In this document: in pieces, positions 23,322 to 35,186 of the stretch
Layout of the letters: every line of letters begins with the position of its first letter
Numbering within the stretch: position 1 is the first letter of the stretch
Source of the DNA: Candidatus Parcubacteria bacterium
Lineage (GTDB): Bacteria > Patescibacteriota > Minisyncoccia > Phycocordibacterales > JAKFXT01
Direction of reading: 5' to 3'
NCBI GenBank assembly: GCA_021414235.1
Contig: JAIOOV010000004.1
Coordinates: forward strand, 409,591-473,590
Length of the DNA: 64,000 nt
Translations under genes and position numbers: made by a program
The notes under the pieces: model-generated
Seen by the model: the letters and a program-made list of their open reading frames with translations, nothing else
Database searches by the model: none
Told to the model about the DNA's origin: nothing

Positions 23322-26300
23322 ATGCTATCCCTCTGGAAATTCTTCCTGGAGAAGCGCCAGTTCAGCATCCTCCTCATCGGAGCGCTGATCATCGCCGGCA
23401 CTTTCTCACTCTTCGCCATCCCTAAGGAGTCCTCTCCTGAGGTGGAGATTCCCATTGGTATTGTGACCACCGTGCTCCCGGGGGCTTCGAGCTCAGATGT
23501 GGAGAAGCTCATCACCGACAAGATGGAAGAGGAACTCGCGAACCTCGAGAACATCGATACGCTCACCTCTACCTCCCGCGAAGGGCTCTCCGTCGTCTCG
23601 GTGCAGTTCCTGGCAAGCGCCAACCTTGATAAGTCCATCCAGGACCTCAAGGATGCGGTAGACAAGGTAAAGAACGAACTCCCCAGCGAAGCTACCGATC
23701 CGCAGGTGCTACGCATCAACTTCGCAGATGAGCCGGTACTCATCATCTCAGTCTCAAGCGACGTCCCACCCGCCGCCTTCACTGCGCTCTCCGAGGATCT
23801 CAAGGCGGAACTCCGCGCAGTGAAGGGCGTCTCTAAGGTAGAGATCTCGGGCGTGCAGGCACGCGAAGTGCAGGTCATAGTACGGAGCGAAGCACTCTCC
23901 CGTTACGGATTGCGCCTCACCGACGTAATCGGAGCCCTCCAGGCCAGCAATAGCTCTCTCCCCATCGGCTCCATCACTCAGGACGGTATCGAGTACGCCA
24001 TCAAGTTCCGCGGGGAGATCGAAGCACCTTCTGAGATCGGCAACATCGCTGTCCCGACACAGAACGGCATCGTGTATATCCGCGACATCGCCGCGGTATC
24101 GGATGGCTTGAAGCGGGCCACTTCCCTCTCTCGCACCTCCGTCGAGGGCGCCCCCTCCGAACAGGCTCTCTCTCTTTACGTATTCAAAAAGTCTGGCGAC
24201 AACGTCACTGAAGTAGCCCAGTCCGTCAAAGACAGGCTCGAGGCTCTCAAGAGCGGTCTTCTGCTCGGCTCAAACGTAGTCATCTCCTTCGACCGCGGAG
24301 AGTTGGTGATGAAGGACCTTTTGGAACTCACCCAGGTGGGCTTCGAGACCGTGGCCCTCGTGATGATCCTCCTCTTCCTGACCATCGGCTGGCGCGAAGC
24401 ACTCGTTGCCGGCCTCTCCATCCCCCTCTCCCTCCTCATCGCCTTCATCGGCCTCCACACTTCCGGCAACACCATTAACTTCGTCAGCCTCTTCTCTCTC
24501 ATCCTCGCCGTGGGCATCCTGGTGGACTCCGGCATCGTGGTCACCGAAGCCATCCAGGCGCGCATCGCACGCTTCGGCACGCCCATGGCTGCAGCTCATG
24601 CCGCAATCGAGGAATATGCCTGGCCGCTCATTGCCGGCACCATGACTACGGTAGCCGTATTCGCGCCCCTCTTCTTCATCTCCGGCATCACCGGCAAGTT
24701 CATCGCCAGCATCCCCTTCACCATCATCTTCGTACTCATTGCCTCGATCATCGTAGCGCTCGGCATGGTGCCACTCATCGCCGTCCTCTTCACCAAGCAG
24801 AGTAAGAATAGTTTCGAGATGAAGCAGGAGATATATACGGAGCACGCCAAAGAATGGTACCGTCGCAAGCTCCGCGCTTTCCTAGAGAACCGCCGTCAGC
24901 AGAAGATCTTCCTCTGGACCCTCATGGGTAGCTTTGTCATCGCCCTCCTCCTCCCGGTAAGCGGGCTTCTCAAGGTGACCTTCTTCCCCGGAGGCGATTC
25001 CGATTTCATATATATCGACCTGGAAAAGCCACAGGGCACGACACTGCGCGAGACTGATCTTGCCGTACGTGCCGTGGAGGAATACCTCTACGAGGATCCG
25101 CGCATCGAGAGCTTCGTTACTACCATCGGCGAGAGCTCCCGCTTCAGCGAATCTTCAAGCCAGAACCCTAAGCTCGCCAACATCACCGTCAATCTCCACA
25201 AGGAGCGCGATTACACCAGCACCGAGCTCCTCAGCGACCTTAAGAAGGAACTCTCTGCGGTACAGTCACTCGACATCCGTATCGTAGAGCCTTCTAACGG
25301 CCCGCCCACCGGCGCACCTATTCTCATAAAATTCACGGGAGACGATTTGGGCGAACTCGAATCCGTCGTGGATCGTGCAGAGCGCCTCCTCACGGAAGTC
25401 CCTGGCACGAGCGACATTCAGACCAGCATGAAGGATGACGGCACGCAGTTCACCCTGACCATAGACAAGGCCAAGGCGGCGCAGGTAGGCCTCACCCCGG
25501 CTGCAGTCGGGAGCACGCTCCGCGCAGCCATCAACGGCACCACCGCGACCGTGCTCAAGCGCCAGGACAAGGACATCGACGTAGTCGTGAAGCTCGACCT
25601 CAATCCCCGCTACCGCACCGCAGAAGAGACTACGGAGACGACAGTGGACAGCATCCGGCAGATTCCCATCGCTACCCCCTCCGGCACCGTTCTCCTCGGC
25701 TCCGTGCTCACCATCACCCCGGAGCGTGCGAATGCTGTGATCCAGCACGAAGATCGCAAGCGTATCGGCTCAGTCTCCGCCTTCCTCGCGCCGGGCGGCA
25801 ACGCCCGTGACGTAAAGGCAGCCTTCGAAGCCCGCCTCAGCGAGCTCGAGCTTCCCACGAGCGTCACCTACTCCTTCGGCGGCGAGAACGAAGAGGTGGA
25901 CAATTCCTTCCGCGACATGTTCCTCGCCCTCATCGCAGGTCTCGTGCTCATGCTCTCCATCCTGGTGCTCGAATTCAATTCCTTCCGCTACACCCTCTAC
26001 CTCCTCTCCATCGTGCCGCTCTCACTCGTAGGCGTGCTCGGAGGACTCGCCCTCACCGGCCAGACCCTCTCCTTCCCCTCCATGCTCGGAGTGATCGCAC
26101 TTGCCGGCGTCATCATCAACCACGGCATCATCCTGCTCGACTCCATGATTCACCTCTTGAAGCGCGATGCGAATGCAAATCCCATGGACGTAGTCGTGGA
26201 ATCCGCCTCCGTGCGCCTCCGCCCTATATTCCTCACCACCATCACCACAGTCATCGGCATGGTGCCGCTCACTTTCGCCTCTTCTCTCTGGGGCCCGCTG

Positions 26301-26405
26301 GCGTTTGCCATTATGTTCGGTCTGACCTTCGCTACCATCCTCACCCTCATCTTCATTCCGTTGATGTTCTATCGCCACCTCAGCAAAACACAAAAAACTA
26401 TTTAA
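23322..26405 (+). CDS. efflux RND transporter permease subunit (AcrB/CzcA family)
   Basis: 1027 aa, 12-TM layout with two large periplasmic loops. The N-terminus (FFLEKRQFSILLIGALIIAGTFSLFAIPKESSPEVEIP) is typical of AcrB-family pumps. Confidence 0.9.
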   Translation: MLSLWKFFLEKRQFSILLIGALIIAGTFSLFAIPKESSPEVEIPIGIVTTVLPGASSSDVEKLITDKMEEELANLENIDTLTSTSREGLSVVSVQFLASANLDKSIQDLKDAVDKVKNELPSEATDPQVLRINFADEPVLIISVSSDVPPAAFTALSEDLKAELRAVKGVSKVEISGVQAREVQVIVRSEALSRYGLRLTDVIGALQASNSSLPIGSITQDGIEYAIKFRGEIEAPSEIGNIAVPTQNGIVYIRDIAAVSDGLKRATSLSRTSVEGAPSEQALSLYVFKKSGDNVTEVAQSVKDRLEALKSGLLLGSNVVISFDRGELVMKDLLELTQVGFETVALVMILLFLTIGWREALVAGLSIPLSLLIAFIGLHTSGNTINFVSLFSLILAVGILVDSGIVVTEAIQARIARFGTPMAAAHAAIEEYAWPLIAGTMTTVAVFAPLFFISGITGKFIASIPFTIIFVLIASIIVALGMVPLIAVLFTKQSKNSFEMKQEIYTEHAKEWYRRKLRAFLENRRQQKIFLWTLMGSFVIALLLPVSGLLKVTFFPGGDSDFIYIDLEKPQGTTLRETDLAVRAVEEYLYEDPRIESFVTTIGESSRFSESSSQNPKLANITVNLHKERDYTSTELLSDLKKELSAVQSLDIRIVEPSNGPPTGAPILIKFTGDDLGELESVVDRAERLLTEVPGTSDIQTSMKDDGTQFTLTIDKAKAAQVGLTPAAVGSTLRAAINGTTATVLKRQDKDIDVVVKLDLNPRYRTAEETTETTVDSIRQIPIATPSGTVLLGSVLTITPERANAVIQHEDRKRIGSVSAFLAPGGNARDVKAAFEARLSELELPTSVTYSFGGENEEVDNSFRDMFLALIAGLVLMLSILVLEFNSFRYTLYLLSIVPLSLVGVLGGLALTGQTLSFPSMLGVIALAGVIINHGIILLDSMIHLLKRDANANPMDVVVESASVRLRPIFLTTITTVIGMVPLTFASSLWGPLAFAIMFGLTFATILTLIFIPLMFYRHLSKTQKTI

Positions 26406-26439
26406 AAGGTAGAGCGTGTGCCCCGCTTAGAAAACTGCA

Positions 26440-27513
26440 TCACATTTTAAACCCGCTCATTGAACCTATACCAGTAGAAACAAGAGACCATGTACCCACG
26501 AGTTGAACGGGGGAGGAGCGGTTTACGCCGGAGTCCCCCAATCCAAGCTGGCCGTAGTTATTCAGCCCCCACACAAAAAGCTCGCTCGCGGCTGTGCGTG
26601 CGGCTCCGAAATAATTACCCGCAAAAGTCCGCGCCCAAACACCAGCACCCAATTGTACCGGAGAAGAGCGAAGGGTTGTATCGCCAAGTCCGAGGCCTCC
26701 TGAAGCTCCCGACCCCCAACCCCATAAAGTGCCGTCGTGTCGAAGAGCTGTGGTAATAAAATTTTTTCTCGAGAAACTGTTCCAGGTGCCTGCAACCTGC
26801 GCAGGAGAGGAGCGCCAGACCGTATTACCGAGACCAAGATTACCCTGCCCGTTATACCCAGATGTCCACAAAGTGCCGTCAGGCCTTAACAGAGTAATGT
26901 TCTCTCTTCCAGAACTTGCAAAAGACCATGTACCGACAACCTGCACAGGGGAACTATGAGAGTCTGTGGTTGCTATTCCATTCTGCCCGTGGCTTCCCAA
27001 TCCACAAGTCCAAAGAGAACCATTAGATTTAATACCCATAAATGTGCTATCCCCAGTGGCAGCCTGTAGCCAGGTACCGGGAACTTGGGTTGGTGAGGAG
27101 CGTCTAAGGGTATCACCAAGACCAAGCTTTCCACTTGTATTGTAACCCCAAGTCCAGAGAGAGCCATCCGCCCTTATAGCGGCCATACTAGCCGTTGCAG
27201 TCCCGTGTACAAGATCCACCCAAGTCCCGGCAATCTGCGTGGGAGAGGATCGACTTATTGTATCGCTTAAACCAAGCTGGCCAGCATTATTATTGCCACA
27301 AGCCCATAGCGAGCCCCCCGGCTTCAAAAAGAAGGAATATTGAGAAGCGTGCACTGCCTGAAGCCAAGTGCCCGCAAGTTGCACAGGAGATGATCGACTT
27401 ATGGTATCCCCGAGGCCCAATCGCCCACCTCCATTAGCTCCCCACACAAACAAATTCGGCCCGAGGTTTTGGCCAGCGGCTTGGGAATTGAATGTAAGTC
27501 GATCAAACAGCAT
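26440..27513 (-). CDS. RCC1-repeat (seven-bladed beta-propeller) protein
   Basis: Seven tandem ~50-aa repeats of the pattern G-x-LGLGDT-x-RSSP-x-Q-x-xGTW, the RCC1/ATS1-like signature. No signal peptide is evident. Confidence 0.8.
   Translation of the reverse strand: MLFDRLTFNSQAAGQNLGPNLFVWGANGGGRLGLGDTISRSSPVQLAGTWLQAVHASQYSFFLKPGGSLWACGNNNAGQLGLSDTISRSSPTQIAGTWVDLVHGTATASMAAIRADGSLWTWGYNTSGKLGLGDTLRRSSPTQVPGTWLQAATGDSTFMGIKSNGSLWTCGLGSHGQNGIATTDSHSSPVQVVGTWSFASSGRENITLLRPDGTLWTSGYNGQGNLGLGNTVWRSSPAQVAGTWNSFSRKNFITTALRHDGTLWGWGSGASGGLGLGDTTLRSSPVQLGAGVWARTFAGNYFGAARTAASELFVWGLNNYGQLGLGDSGVNRSSPVQLVGTWSLVSTGIGSMSGFKM
26440..27513 (-). repeat. 7 tandem ~150-nt coding repeats (RCC1 blades)
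   Basis: Visible periodicity at the protein level. The repeats are divergent at the DNA level. This is not a CRISPR array. Confidence 0.7.
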
Positions 27514-27588
27514 AAAATCGCCAGATTATTATAACAGAGAAATCTCGCTCAAACGCTTTCGCCCACCAAGCGTCTTTGCTACAAAGAA

Positions 27589-28047
27589 TCAGATAAGAGA
27601 ACCAGCCGCCAAAGCTTTGACTCCGCGTAAACTCTTTCCCGAATAGTACAGTGAGGAAGCAAAGATAATTGCCATGATCTGTCGGAATACGGAAAGGATG
27701 AGGGGGTCCCCTGCGTACATCGTCACAGCAGCATATTCAAAAACGAGCATCCCGAAAAAAGACAAAGCGAGATTAAAATAGATGACTAGGCGACGCATGG
27801 GAGAAGTAAGTCCCGCACAAAGCACAAGAGAAGCCGCGAGCACGAGTGACCCGAGGACTCCGCCCCACGGAAGCATTCCCGGAAAGAACGGCAGAGCGAG
27901 GAGAGTGATGACGGCTGCCACCATGAAGAAACGGCGGACATAATCCCCGTAATAGTGAGGGATGTCAGAGTGAGAACTGAGGATCTCTCCGATATCCCTC
28001 TTGCCATCCTGATTCCGCTGGAATGCCATACGCACGCATTCTCTCAT
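27589..28047 (-). CDS. hypothetical membrane protein (3-4 TM)
   Basis: 152-aa ORF with hydrophobic helices (FFMVAAVITLLALPFF, VLGSLVLAASLVLCAGL, LALSFFGMLVFEYAAV). Confidence 0.5.
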   Translation of the reverse strand: MRECVRMAFQRNQDGKRDIGEILSSHSDIPHYYGDYVRRFFMVAAVITLLALPFFPGMLPWGGVLGSLVLAASLVLCAGLTSPMRRLVIYFNLALSFFGMLVFEYAAVTMYAGDPLILSVFRQIMAIIFASSLYYSGKSLRGVKALAAGSLI

Positions 28048-28081
28048 GCGAGAGGGTCAGGGGCAACGAGCTAACAACTCA

Positions 28082-28121
28082 AAAGAGAAATCCCCGCCAG
28101 CGCATGTCCGCGCTGACGGGG
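28082..28121 (-). terminator. rho-independent terminator after 28138..28647 gene
   Basis: Minus-strand hairpin CCCCGTCAGCGC/GCGCTGGCGGGG (one G:U pair) followed by ATTTCTCTTTT. Confidence 0.5.
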
Positions 28122-28137
28122 TGATCTGCATAGATTC

Positions 28138-28647
28138 CTAACTCCTTCTGTTCATCTCGATATAGGCCAACACCGTCTCCTTCCCCTCCAGATCACCTGG
28201 ATGGACCGGATAGAGCCCGAGCCATTTCCTGCTCTCGAGGTCGAGGAAATCGAGTTCCCATCCTTGCGGACGCTGCCGCAAGGCGAGATAAGCGTAATCG
28301 TCGTATTCCCGCCCCGGCAGACGATAGTAGAAGGTGCTCCCGCAGAAGACGATCCGATAGTAAGCCTTCCATTCTTCAGGAAGACAAACTCGTTTCTTTC
28401 CTTCTTGCGACTGCAGGATACCTCTTAGGGCAGGAAAGCCCAGATAGCACCGGGACGAGTGAGTCGAGTGTACTAGCTGAGGTACCTCGTTTCCTTGGAC
28501 GCCCCTGAGGAACTCCACATTCTTCGTATCGAACCGACTCTTATCGCGCCGGTCATCATAGTTCTGAAACAGAGTGAAGGAATGTTCCAATCCCGGGACA
28601 GAAATGATGGTTCCAAACTTCACACGAGAAGTCCGTATATAGGGCAC
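28138..28647 (-). CDS. hypothetical protein (169 aa)
   Basis: ORF with complex composition, Tyr/Arg-rich, and no TM segment. No motif recognised. Confidence 0.5.
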   Translation of the reverse strand: MPYIRTSRVKFGTIISVPGLEHSFTLFQNYDDRRDKSRFDTKNVEFLRGVQGNEVPQLVHSTHSSRCYLGFPALRGILQSQEGKKRVCLPEEWKAYYRIVFCGSTFYYRLPGREYDDYAYLALRQRPQGWELDFLDLESRKWLGLYPVHPGDLEGKETVLAYIEMNRRS

Positions 28648-28711
28648 GTCTACCTCCGAAGTTCAATTCCTTTTTATTACACCACCAAATACTATAAAAA
28701 GCAAGTACCGG

Positions 28712-28954
28712 CTATCTCACCAAAACAGTCGTCTCTTTCGTATTGATCTCCACCGTACCTCCTTTGATAGAGAAACTCTCTTCCCTACCCTGATGCTTCA
28801 CGCGTACGACTCCTTCTTTGAGAAGGGCTACGAGCGGCATGTGATGTGCGAGTACGGCCATCTCCCCTGCTTCGCTCGGCAAAATGACCTCCTCCGCTTC
28901 TCCGCGGAAGAGCACTTCGTCGAGCTTGGCCACAGTAAGCGAGAATGCGATCAT
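28712..28954 (-). CDS. atpC: F1 ATP synthase epsilon subunit (N-terminal beta-sandwich only)
   Basis: 80 aa beginning MIAFSLTVAKLDEVLFRGEAEEVILPSEAGEMAVLAHHMPLVALLKEGVV, matching the epsilon N-domain. The C-terminal helical hairpin is absent. Located at the end of the atp operon. Confidence 0.8.
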   Translation of the reverse strand: MIAFSLTVAKLDEVLFRGEAEEVILPSEAGEMAVLAHHMPLVALLKEGVVRVKHQGREESFSIKGGTVEINTKETTVLVR

Positions 28955-28959
28955 CGGGA

Positions 28960-31285
<2,326 letters not shown>

Positions 31286-31291
31286 ACGGGA

Positions 31292-32848
31292 TTAAGAGCG
31301 ATAGGCGGAGACGAAACCTTCGATAGCGGCACGGAGCTTCTTCTCAGACTCTTCGTCGAGATTGCGGCTCTCACGGATCGTCGTGAGAAGTTCCGCATGT
31401 TGCCCTTCGAGATACTCACGGAGCCGCTCTTCGGCCTTACCGATCTCGGAAATAGCGATACGGTCAAAGAGCCCATGCACTCCGGCATAGATAGAGGCGA
31501 CCTGGAGCTCGAAGCCCAAGGGTTTGCCTTTGTCCTGGATGAGAAGACGAGAGAGGCGCTGACCCTTATCGAGGCGCTGCTTGGTCTCCGGATCGAGATC
31601 AGAGCTAAATTGCATGAAGGCTTCGAGCTCGCGGAACTGCGCGAGCTCCAGGCGGATGCGTCCGGCAACCTTCTTCATGGCCTTGGTCTGCGCAGCAGAA
31701 CCCACGCGAGAGACAGAGAGGCCTACGTTGATGGCAGGCTTGCTGCCTTTGTTGAAGAGATCGGTATCAAGGAAGATCTGTCCGTCAGTGATGGAAATCA
31801 CGTTGGTCGGGATGTAGGCAGAAATGTCACCTGCCTGCGTCTCGATGATGGGAAGCGCAGTGAGAGAGCCTCCACCCTTCTCCTTAGAAAGTTTAGCTGC
31901 GCGCTCGAGAAGACGAGAGTGGAGATAGAAGACGTCGCCCGGGTACGCTTCGCGACCTGGCGGGCGACGGAGAAGGAGGGAGAGCTGACGATAGGCCACG
32001 GCGTGCTTGGAGAGATCGTCATAGATGACCACCGCATCCCTGCCCTGCTCCATGAAGTACTCACCGATCGCAGCACCTGCAAACGGAGCGAGATACTGGA
32101 GCGTAGCCGGGGCGCTCGCAGAGGCAGAGACGATCACCGTGTAGGCCATGGCTCCTTTAGAAGCGAGCTCGTGAGCGAGGTGTGCCACCTTGGATTCCTT
32201 CTGACCAATAGCGACGTATACGCAGATAGGGCGCTTGTCCTCCGGCTCATTGAGCTGGTTGAGGATGGTATCGATGGCGATGGTGGTCTTACCAGTGAAG
32301 CGGTCTCCGATGATGAGCTCACGCTGGCCGCGACCGATAGGAATCATGCTATCAATCGCCTTGATACCGGTATGAAGCGGCACGTTCACCGCAGAGCGGT
32401 CGATCACGCCGTAGGCTTCCCGCTCGATGGGGTACTCTGCAGACGCTTTGATATCGCCCTTGCCGTCGATCGGAGCACCGAGTGCGCTTACCACGCGGCC
32501 GAGCATCCCTTCGCCCACCGGTATGGAGAGGACTTTGCCGAGGCGCTTCACCGTCATACCCTCATGCACGCGCGCGGAGTCCCCGAGCACTACCGCCTTC
32601 ACGCCTTGTTCTTCGAGGTTCAGCACCAGGCCATAGAGCGGGTCCTTGGCAGTATCAAAAGAATCCTTGAGCGCCTTCCCTTCAGCCTCGTCGAACTGAA
32701 GCATCTCCGACATCACCGCCTTGGTGAGGCCGTCGATAGTGGCGACGCCGTCCCCCACGGACATCACGGAGCCGATCTCCTCCACATTAGTGGTGGGGAC
32801 GAATCCTTCGATCTCCTTGCGGATCTTCTCTACGACGAGGTTATGCAT
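31292..32848 (-). CDS. atpA: F1 ATP synthase alpha subunit
   Basis: Walker A motif [11 protein letters not shown] and the alpha-subunit signature. Likely start is the internal Met ([16 protein letters not shown]) at ~32848. The ORF extends to 32908. Confidence 0.95.
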   Translation of the reverse strand: MHNLVVEKIRKEIEGFVPTTNVEEIGSVMSVGDGVATIDGLTKAVMSEMLQFDEAEGKALKDSFDTAKDPLYGLVLNLEEQGVKAVVLGDSARVHEGMTVKRLGKVLSIPVGEGMLGRVVSALGAPIDGKGDIKASAEYPIEREAYGVIDRSAVNVPLHTGIKAIDSMIPIGRGQRELIIGDRFTGKTTIAIDTILNQLNEPEDKRPICVYVAIGQKESKVAHLAHELASKGAMAYTVIVSASASAPATLQYLAPFAGAAIGEYFMEQGRDAVVIYDDLSKHAVAYRQLSLLLRRPPGREAYPGDVFYLHSRLLERAAKLSKEKGGGSLTALPIIETQAGDISAYIPTNVISITDGQIFLDTDLFNKGSKPAINVGLSVSRVGSAAQTKAMKKVAGRIRLELAQFRELEAFMQFSSDLDPETKQRLDKGQRLSRLLIQDKGKPLGFELQVASIYAGVHGLFDRIAISEIGKAEERLREYLEGQHAELLTTIRESRNLDEESEKKLRAAIEGFVSAYRS

Positions 32849-32852
32849 GGAA

Positions 32853-33248
32853 TTAGCGCTTAAGGGATTGCTGGTATAAATCGAGCAGATGGCGTTTGAA
32901 GCTCGCATCGATGCGGAGGTCGCGGGTCTTTATAGTAAATCCGCCGATGAGATACCCATCGAGCGCTTTTACCAAGGCCTGCTCCCCTACGCCGTACTCC
33001 GCGAAGCTCTTCTTGATCTGCTCCACATGCTCGGGAGATGCGGGAGTGGGCGTAGTGATAGTCACAGAATCGCGGGTCTTGAGGAGCTCGGAGTAGCGAT
33101 CGAGCTCGCGGAGGATATGCGGCAGAAGCGTGACATGCCCCTTCTCCTTGAGGAGCACGAAGAAGCGCTCCAAGGTCGCGTCGAGCTCCTTGCCGGATTT
33201 TCCGGCGATGGCGAGAGCTATGGCGAGCGCGTAGTACTTAGCGAGCAT
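32853..33248 (-). CDS. atpH: ATP synthase delta (OSCP) subunit, short form
   Basis: Called from its position between atpF and atpA and its helical N-terminal OSCP-like domain. Likely start is [11 protein letters not shown] (~33248). The ORF extends to 33290. Confidence 0.65.
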   Translation of the reverse strand: MLAKYYALAIALAIAGKSGKELDATLERFFVLLKEKGHVTLLPHILRELDRYSELLKTRDSVTITTPTPASPEHVEQIKKSFAEYGVGEQALVKALDGYLIGGFTIKTRDLRIDASFKRHLLDLYQQSLKR

Positions 33249-33702
33249 GGGTAGGGTTTGCCTTCTGGTGAAGGATCTTCTCCGCTGCAAGCAAGGAGAG
33301 CTTAGTGATCTCCTCTTCGCTCTCGCGGAGCGCGCGGCGCTTCTCCTCGTCGGCTTCCTTCTGCGCCTGGCTGATCATCTCTGCACTGCGAAGGGCCGCT
33401 TCGCGGAGGAGCGATTCCTTCTTCTCCTCCCCGTGACGGCGCGCCTCTGCAGAGACCCTTTCCGCCTCACGCTGTGCTTCGTTGCGAGTATGTGCCGCCG
33501 CATCCTCCGCCTCGGAGAGCTTCTTCTCTGCCTCCGCCGCATCCTCTACCCCCTTGGTGATGACGCTCTGCCGCGCAGAGATGAAATCAAGCAACGGCTT
33601 GTACAGGAAGCGCTTGAGGATGAAGAGGAGCAGGACGAAATTGGCTGTTTGAATCAACAGCATCTTCCAGTCCAAGCCGAATGTATGTACGAGTTCTTCC
33701 AT
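33238..33702 (-). CDS. atpF: Fo ATP synthase subunit b
   Basis: Single N-terminal TM helix (LLIQTANFVLLLFILKRF) followed by a long charged helix. Operon position fits. Confidence 0.8.
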   Translation of the reverse strand: MEELVHTFGLDWKMLLIQTANFVLLLFILKRFLYKPLLDFISARQSVITKGVEDAAEAEKKLSEAEDAAAHTRNEAQREAERVSAEARRHGEEKKESLLREAALRSAEMISQAQKEADEEKRRALRESEEEITKLSLLAAEKILHQKANPTHAR

Positions 33703-33757
33703 TGGCTAATGTGTTGGAATGAGTTCCAACTAGATTCACCTAAAACCTCTTCAGGCC

Positions 33758-33994
<237 letters not shown>

Positions 33995-34741
33995 TTAGTG
34001 CGGTTCAGTGACCGCGATTTTGATAAAGAAGAGTGTCAGGAGAGCGAAGATCGCCGCCTGGATGACGCTCACCAGAAGCTCGAAGACTAAGAGCGGGACC
34101 GGGAGAACGAGCGGGACGAAAGCCGTCGCCACGAGGATCATCACCTTTCCTGCGAACATGTTTCCGAACAATCGGAAGGAAAAGGAGACGAACCGGGCTA
34201 ATTCGCTGAACAACTCGATGATCCCGATCGCGAAACCGAGGACCGAGTGCAGATTAACAAACTTCGAGCCGTACTTCAACACGCCGAGGACCCCGATACC
34301 CGCCACCTGAATCGAGATCACTGCGGCTATAGCCAAGGCTAAAGTGACGTTGATATCCGTATTCACCGGGCGGATGAGGGCGGTCAGCGTACTCTCTCCA
34401 TGATGCTCCTCGAAAAAGCCAATACTGCCTACCCCAGGGAGGAACCCGAGGAGGTTCCCGATGAGGATGAAGGAGAAGAGAGTGGCGATGAGCGGGAAGA
34501 AGCGCTCCGCGAGCTTACGGTCTTCAAGAACACTCTCCACGTACTCGAATCCCCCGCCGACTGCCGTCTCGAATAAGGTCTGACCTTTGGAGGGAATGAG
34601 CTTGAGGGTGCGCGGGATAACTACGGCGAGCACGAGAAGTATCACGCTCGTAAGAAGCGCTGGGATGAGGGTATTAGTGATGGGAATCCCGAGGAAGTGC
34701 CCGAGGGTATCCGCGCCGAGGGTGATGTGTAAGCCTTCCAT
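33995..34741 (-). CDS. atpB: Fo ATP synthase subunit a
   Basis: Subunit-a motifs FSFRLFGNMFAGKV (essential Arg) plus 5-6 TM helices. The ATG at 34741 is preferred. The longer ORF (to 34807) would run into tRNA-Pro. Confidence 0.9.
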   Translation of the reverse strand: MEGLHITLGADTLGHFLGIPITNTLIPALLTSVILLVLAVVIPRTLKLIPSKGQTLFETAVGGGFEYVESVLEDRKLAERFFPLIATLFSFILIGNLLGFLPGVGSIGFFEEHHGESTLTALIRPVNTDINVTLALAIAAVISIQVAGIGVLGVLKYGSKFVNLHSVLGFAIGIIELFSELARFVSFSFRLFGNMFAGKVMILVATAFVPLVLPVPLLVFELLVSVIQAAIFALLTLFFIKIAVTEPH

Positions 34742-34768
34742 ACTAAAATGCGACGCGATGGAGCCCTG

Positions 34769-34842
34769 TGGTCGGGCCGCCGGGAATCGAACCCGGTCTC
34801 TACGCACCCGAAGCGCATGTACTACCGGTATACTACGGCCCG
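34769..34842 (-). tRNA. tRNA-Pro (anticodon CGG)
   Basis: Cloverleaf with acceptor CGGGCCG/CGGCCCG (C1:G72, a bacterial tRNA-Pro hallmark) and U8. D-stem GTAT/GTAC. Anticodon stem TGCGC/GCGTA with loop TTCGGGT giving anticodon CGG and G37. T-arm CCGGG-TTCGATT-CCCGG. A73 and an encoded CCA. Confidence 0.85.
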
Positions 34843-34951
34843 GCCACAGGACTCCATCAAAATGCGTTGCGAGTATAGCACGGAGGCTTAAAGCGAGCCA
34901 CGGATACGGTGTATTTCAGAAGAACACGCCGCCATGGTAGCGTAAAGGCAT

Positions 34952-35035
34952 CGGGCAGGTGGCGAAATTGGTAGACGCGCCAGCCTTAGGAGCTGGTTCC
35001 ATCAAAAGAGTGGGAGTTCGAGTCTCCCCCTGCCC
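34952..35035 (+). tRNA. tRNA-Leu (anticodon TAG)
   Basis: Class II tRNA: acceptor GGGCAGG/CCTGCCC, anticodon stem CCAGC/GCTGG with loop CTTAGGA (anticodon TAG, G37), long variable arm, T-arm GGGAG-TTCGAGT-CTCCC. CCA is not encoded. Confidence 0.85.
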
Positions 35036-35089
35036 ACAGCGATGTATCGTTTAGCCTTATGCCTTAAGGTTTTTTGCTGATTCTGCTAC

Positions 35090-35118
35090 TTGACTTTTGT
35101 ATTAATATGTGATAGCAT
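35090..35118 (+). promoter_or_regulatory. sigma-70-type promoter (TTGACT-17-TAGCAT), member of a recurring TTGACTTT promoter family
   Basis: TACTTGACTTTtgtattaatatgtgaTAGCAT lies ~70 nt upstream of the preferred start at 35187. Near-identical architecture is seen at 36501 and 47885. Confidence 0.5.
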
Positions 35119-35186
35119 TTTTGCCAGACCCAAACGGGTACCCTGACAATCGGATCGAGACGATCCCCCGACTCGAGAAAGGACTA

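Noticed and set aside
21654-23878. Minus-strand ORFs (21654..22499, 22898..23878, 21371..22168 upstream part) antisense to the RND adaptor/permease
   Set aside because: Low-complexity Ala/Gly/Ser/Arg translations. The plus strand encodes clear MFP and AcrB-family proteins.
26440-27513. Possible CRISPR-like periodicity
   Set aside because: The periodicity is a protein-coding RCC1 repeat of ~150 nt with divergent DNA sequence. There are no short identical direct repeats with unique spacers. No CRISPR array was found anywhere in the window.
31397-32863. 488-aa plus-strand ORF across atpA, and similar ones across atpD, typA and uvrB (e.g. 29380..30099, 52909..53505, 50239..51195)
   Set aside because: All are antisense to highly conserved genes with Walker motifs. 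Long antisense ORFs are expected at this GC content.
34843-34951. Possible additional tRNA or promoter between tRNA-Pro and tRNA-Leu
   Set aside because: No cloverleaf could be folded, and no convincing -35/-10 pair was found. Left unannotated.
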